DNA from: Mycobacteriales bacterium
GTDB taxonomy: Bacteria; Actinomycetota; Actinomycetes; Mycobacteriales; SCTD01
Direction: 5' to 3'
Length of the DNA stretch: 24,947 bases
NCBI GenBank assembly: GCA_035495395.1
Contig: DATJGA010000056.1
Location: forward strand, 1-24,947
Shown here piece after piece: positions 23,328 through 24,947 of the stretch. The notes under the pieces were generated by a model. The model was given only the letters and a program-made list of their open reading frames with translations, ran no database searches and was not told the DNA's origin. The position numbers were made by a program, and so were the translations under genes. Each line of letters begins with the position of its first letter. The first letter of the stretch is position 1.

Positions 23328-23875
23328 GCCGCCCCGCCCTGCTCGCCCCGCTCCTCGCCGTACTGGTCCTGGCCGGCTGCCAGGACGCACCAGAGGCGGC
23401 GCCGCGGCCGGTGCCCACGGCGCTCGCCCCGACCTCGGTGCTCCACGGGACCCTCGGCCTGTACCGGAACACCGCTGCCGGCACCGAGGCGGCGTTCCGC
23501 CAGAACGCCAAGGCCTCGCTCATCGACGAGGGCCAGCTGTGGGAGATCCGGCGCAAGGACCGGCTCATCGGCACCCTGCAGATCGCGACGGTGAAGCACG
23601 ACGTCGACCTGTCCGACAAGGACGTGCGCGAGCAGTTCACCGCGCCGATCCTCGTCGGCGCCCGCGGCGACATCCGGGTGCTGGGCCAGGAGGTCGACAT
23701 GGTCCAGAACGAGGGTGGGCTGGCGACGCTGGTCTGGTTCGGCAAGGGGCTGTTCCTCGTGCTGCAGGTCAAGGACCAGCTCGTCAGCGGGCCCGACCTC
23801 GCGCAGGCGATCATCGAGCACGAGCAGTCCCGTCCGGAGTGGACGCCGCTGCCGGAGCTGTACTCGCCGACCTGA
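23324..23875 (+). CDS. Uncharacterised small lipoprotein, 183 aa
   Basis: VSRPALLAPLLAVLVLAGC lipobox, GTGA overlap at 23324-23327, protein-like composition. It is the 3' part of ORF 21911..23875. Confidence 0.75.
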   Translation: MSRPALLAPLLAVLVLAGCQDAPEAAPRPVPTALAPTSVLHGTLGLYRNTAAGTEAAFRQNAKASLIDEGQLWEIRRKDRLIGTLQIATVKHDVDLSDKDVREQFTAPILVGARGDIRVLGQEVDMVQNEGGLATLVWFGKGLFLVLQVKDQLVSGPDLAQAIIEHEQSRPEWTPLPELYSPT

Positions 23876-23878
23876 CGG

Positions 23879-24934
23879 TCAGTAGTGCCGGCCGGTCACC
23901 GGCGGGAGGTCCTTGAGGGTCACCACGCCCGGGGGCGCCGCCACGACGTACGGGACGGCGTTCGTCACCGGCATGGCGGTGTAGATCATGCCGGCGCCCA
24001 TGAAGCCGCCCTCGTCCCAGTCGGCCGGCGGCAGGCAGTGCAGCACCGTGCGGTAGTTGGGGCGGCCGAAGACCTGCACGACGTGGCCGTGCGCGAGTGG
24101 CTTGGGCGGAACGACGTGCTGCCCCATGGTCCAGTTGAAGCCGACGCTCACGACGTTGCGGTCGCCGACCCAGCCGCGGTGGTAGCCGAAGACGCCCGCG
24201 ACGGTCCCCTCCGGGATCTGCATGAAGCCCAGGTCGGAGTGCCCGGTGGCGGCGGTGAGCTCGACGTCGAAGGTGAGCCGGTCGAGGGTCAGCCCCATCG
24301 CGTCGGCCATCACCGCCGCGGACTCGGCGAACACCTCGCTCTCGACCCGGATGCTCTCGGCCAGGCCGGGGGTGTCGAGCGGCTTGCCGAAGCCCATCGC
24401 GCTCTGCGTGCCCGCGGACTCGTACGTCGAGCAGTCGACCGACTCGGTGATCCGGATCTCGTCGACCCGCTCGCACGCCCCGCTGAGGACCATGCCGACG
24501 AGGTTGCTCATCCCCGGGTGCGCGCCGCTGCCGAAGATGCTGGAGCCGCCCCGCTCGCAGGCGGCTCGGATCCGCTCCTGGTCCGCCGGCGACTGCTTCC
24601 CGCCCGTGATCCAGGCGGCGGTGCTGCAGACGTTGATCCCCGCGGACAACAGGGCCTCGAGCTCGTCGACGCTCGGCCACAGGGGGTTGTAGCAGCAGGC
24701 GTCGGGCCGCAGCGCGAGGAGGGCGTCGACGTCGCTCGTGGCGGTGATCCCGGTGTGCTCGGGCCACCCGCACAGGTCCGCGGCGTCCTTGCCCACCTTG
24801 TCCGCCCCGTGCGCGTAGACGCCCACCAGCTCCAGGTCGGGACGCGCCAGGATCGCGTGCAGCGAGCGCCGGCCGATGTTGCCGGTGGTCCACTGGACGA
24901 CGCGCAGCGGCCGGTCGAACACGGGTGGGATCAT
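23879..24934 (-). CDS. NAD(P)-dependent dehydrogenase of the DapB-like / 2,4-diaminopentanoate (amine) dehydrogenase family
   Basis: Rossmann RVVQWTTGNIG, ELVGVYAH..DKVGKDAADLCG, GSGAHPG, C-terminal TAMPVTNAVPYVVAAPPG. Preceded by TAGGTT-7 nt-ATG. Confidence 0.8.
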   Translation of the reverse strand: MIPPVFDRPLRVVQWTTGNIGRRSLHAILARPDLELVGVYAHGADKVGKDAADLCGWPEHTGITATSDVDALLALRPDACCYNPLWPSVDELEALLSAGINVCSTAAWITGGKQSPADQERIRAACERGGSSIFGSGAHPGMSNLVGMVLSGACERVDEIRITESVDCSTYESAGTQSAMGFGKPLDTPGLAESIRVESEVFAESAAVMADAMGLTLDRLTFDVELTAATGHSDLGFMQIPEGTVAGVFGYHRGWVGDRNVVSVGFNWTMGQHVVPPKPLAHGHVVQVFGRPNYRTVLHCLPPADWDEGGFMGAGMIYTAMPVTNAVPYVVAAPPGVVTLKDLPPVTGRHY

Positions 24935-24947
24935 GACCGGCAACCTA

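Noticed and set aside
23872-23882. CTGAC-G-GTCAG inverted repeat at the convergent junction
   Set aside because: Largely produced by the two facing TGA codons. A 1-nt loop cannot form a terminator.
23879-24934. dapB (lysine biosynthesis) call
   Set aside because: The protein is longer than DapB and lacks the E-x-H-H-x-x-K-x-D-A-P-S-G-T motif.
1-24947. CRISPR arrays, tRNA/rRNA, IS elements, integrases or prophage genes; horizontally acquired island
   Set aside because: No regular repeat-spacer pattern, RNA-gene hallmark, transposase or integrase motif was seen. By eye, codon style is uniformly GC3-rich, though this was not computed.

Overview
Very GC-rich, gene-dense actinobacterial DNA. The F420-type reductase fragment, MMPL transporters, lipoproteins and TAnnnT promoters support this assignment. 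There are 17 complete CDSs plus one 5'-truncated CDS. I saw no RNA genes, CRISPR arrays or mobile elements. The left part (1-8033) holds an ABC-2 exporter, two convergent MMPL/RND transporters and a family VIII-type serine hydrolase. The main feature is a divergent locus of about 16 kb (8012-23875). Leftwards it encodes TetR, a large Cys-rich membrane-anchored solute-binding protein and an alpha/beta hydrolase. Rightwards it encodes an almost fully translationally coupled 8-gene operon: LppX/LprG-like lipoprotein, fused LivH-LivM permease, an MFS-LivF-LivG triple fusion, MoxR AAA+ ATPase, DUF58, a transglutaminase-like membrane protein lacking all three catalytic residues, and two unknown lipoproteins. 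Two copies of a 16-bp palindrome lie at the two divergent promoters, which suggests a single TetR regulon. I do not know of a characterised system with this composition. All family assignments come from recalled motifs, not database searches.
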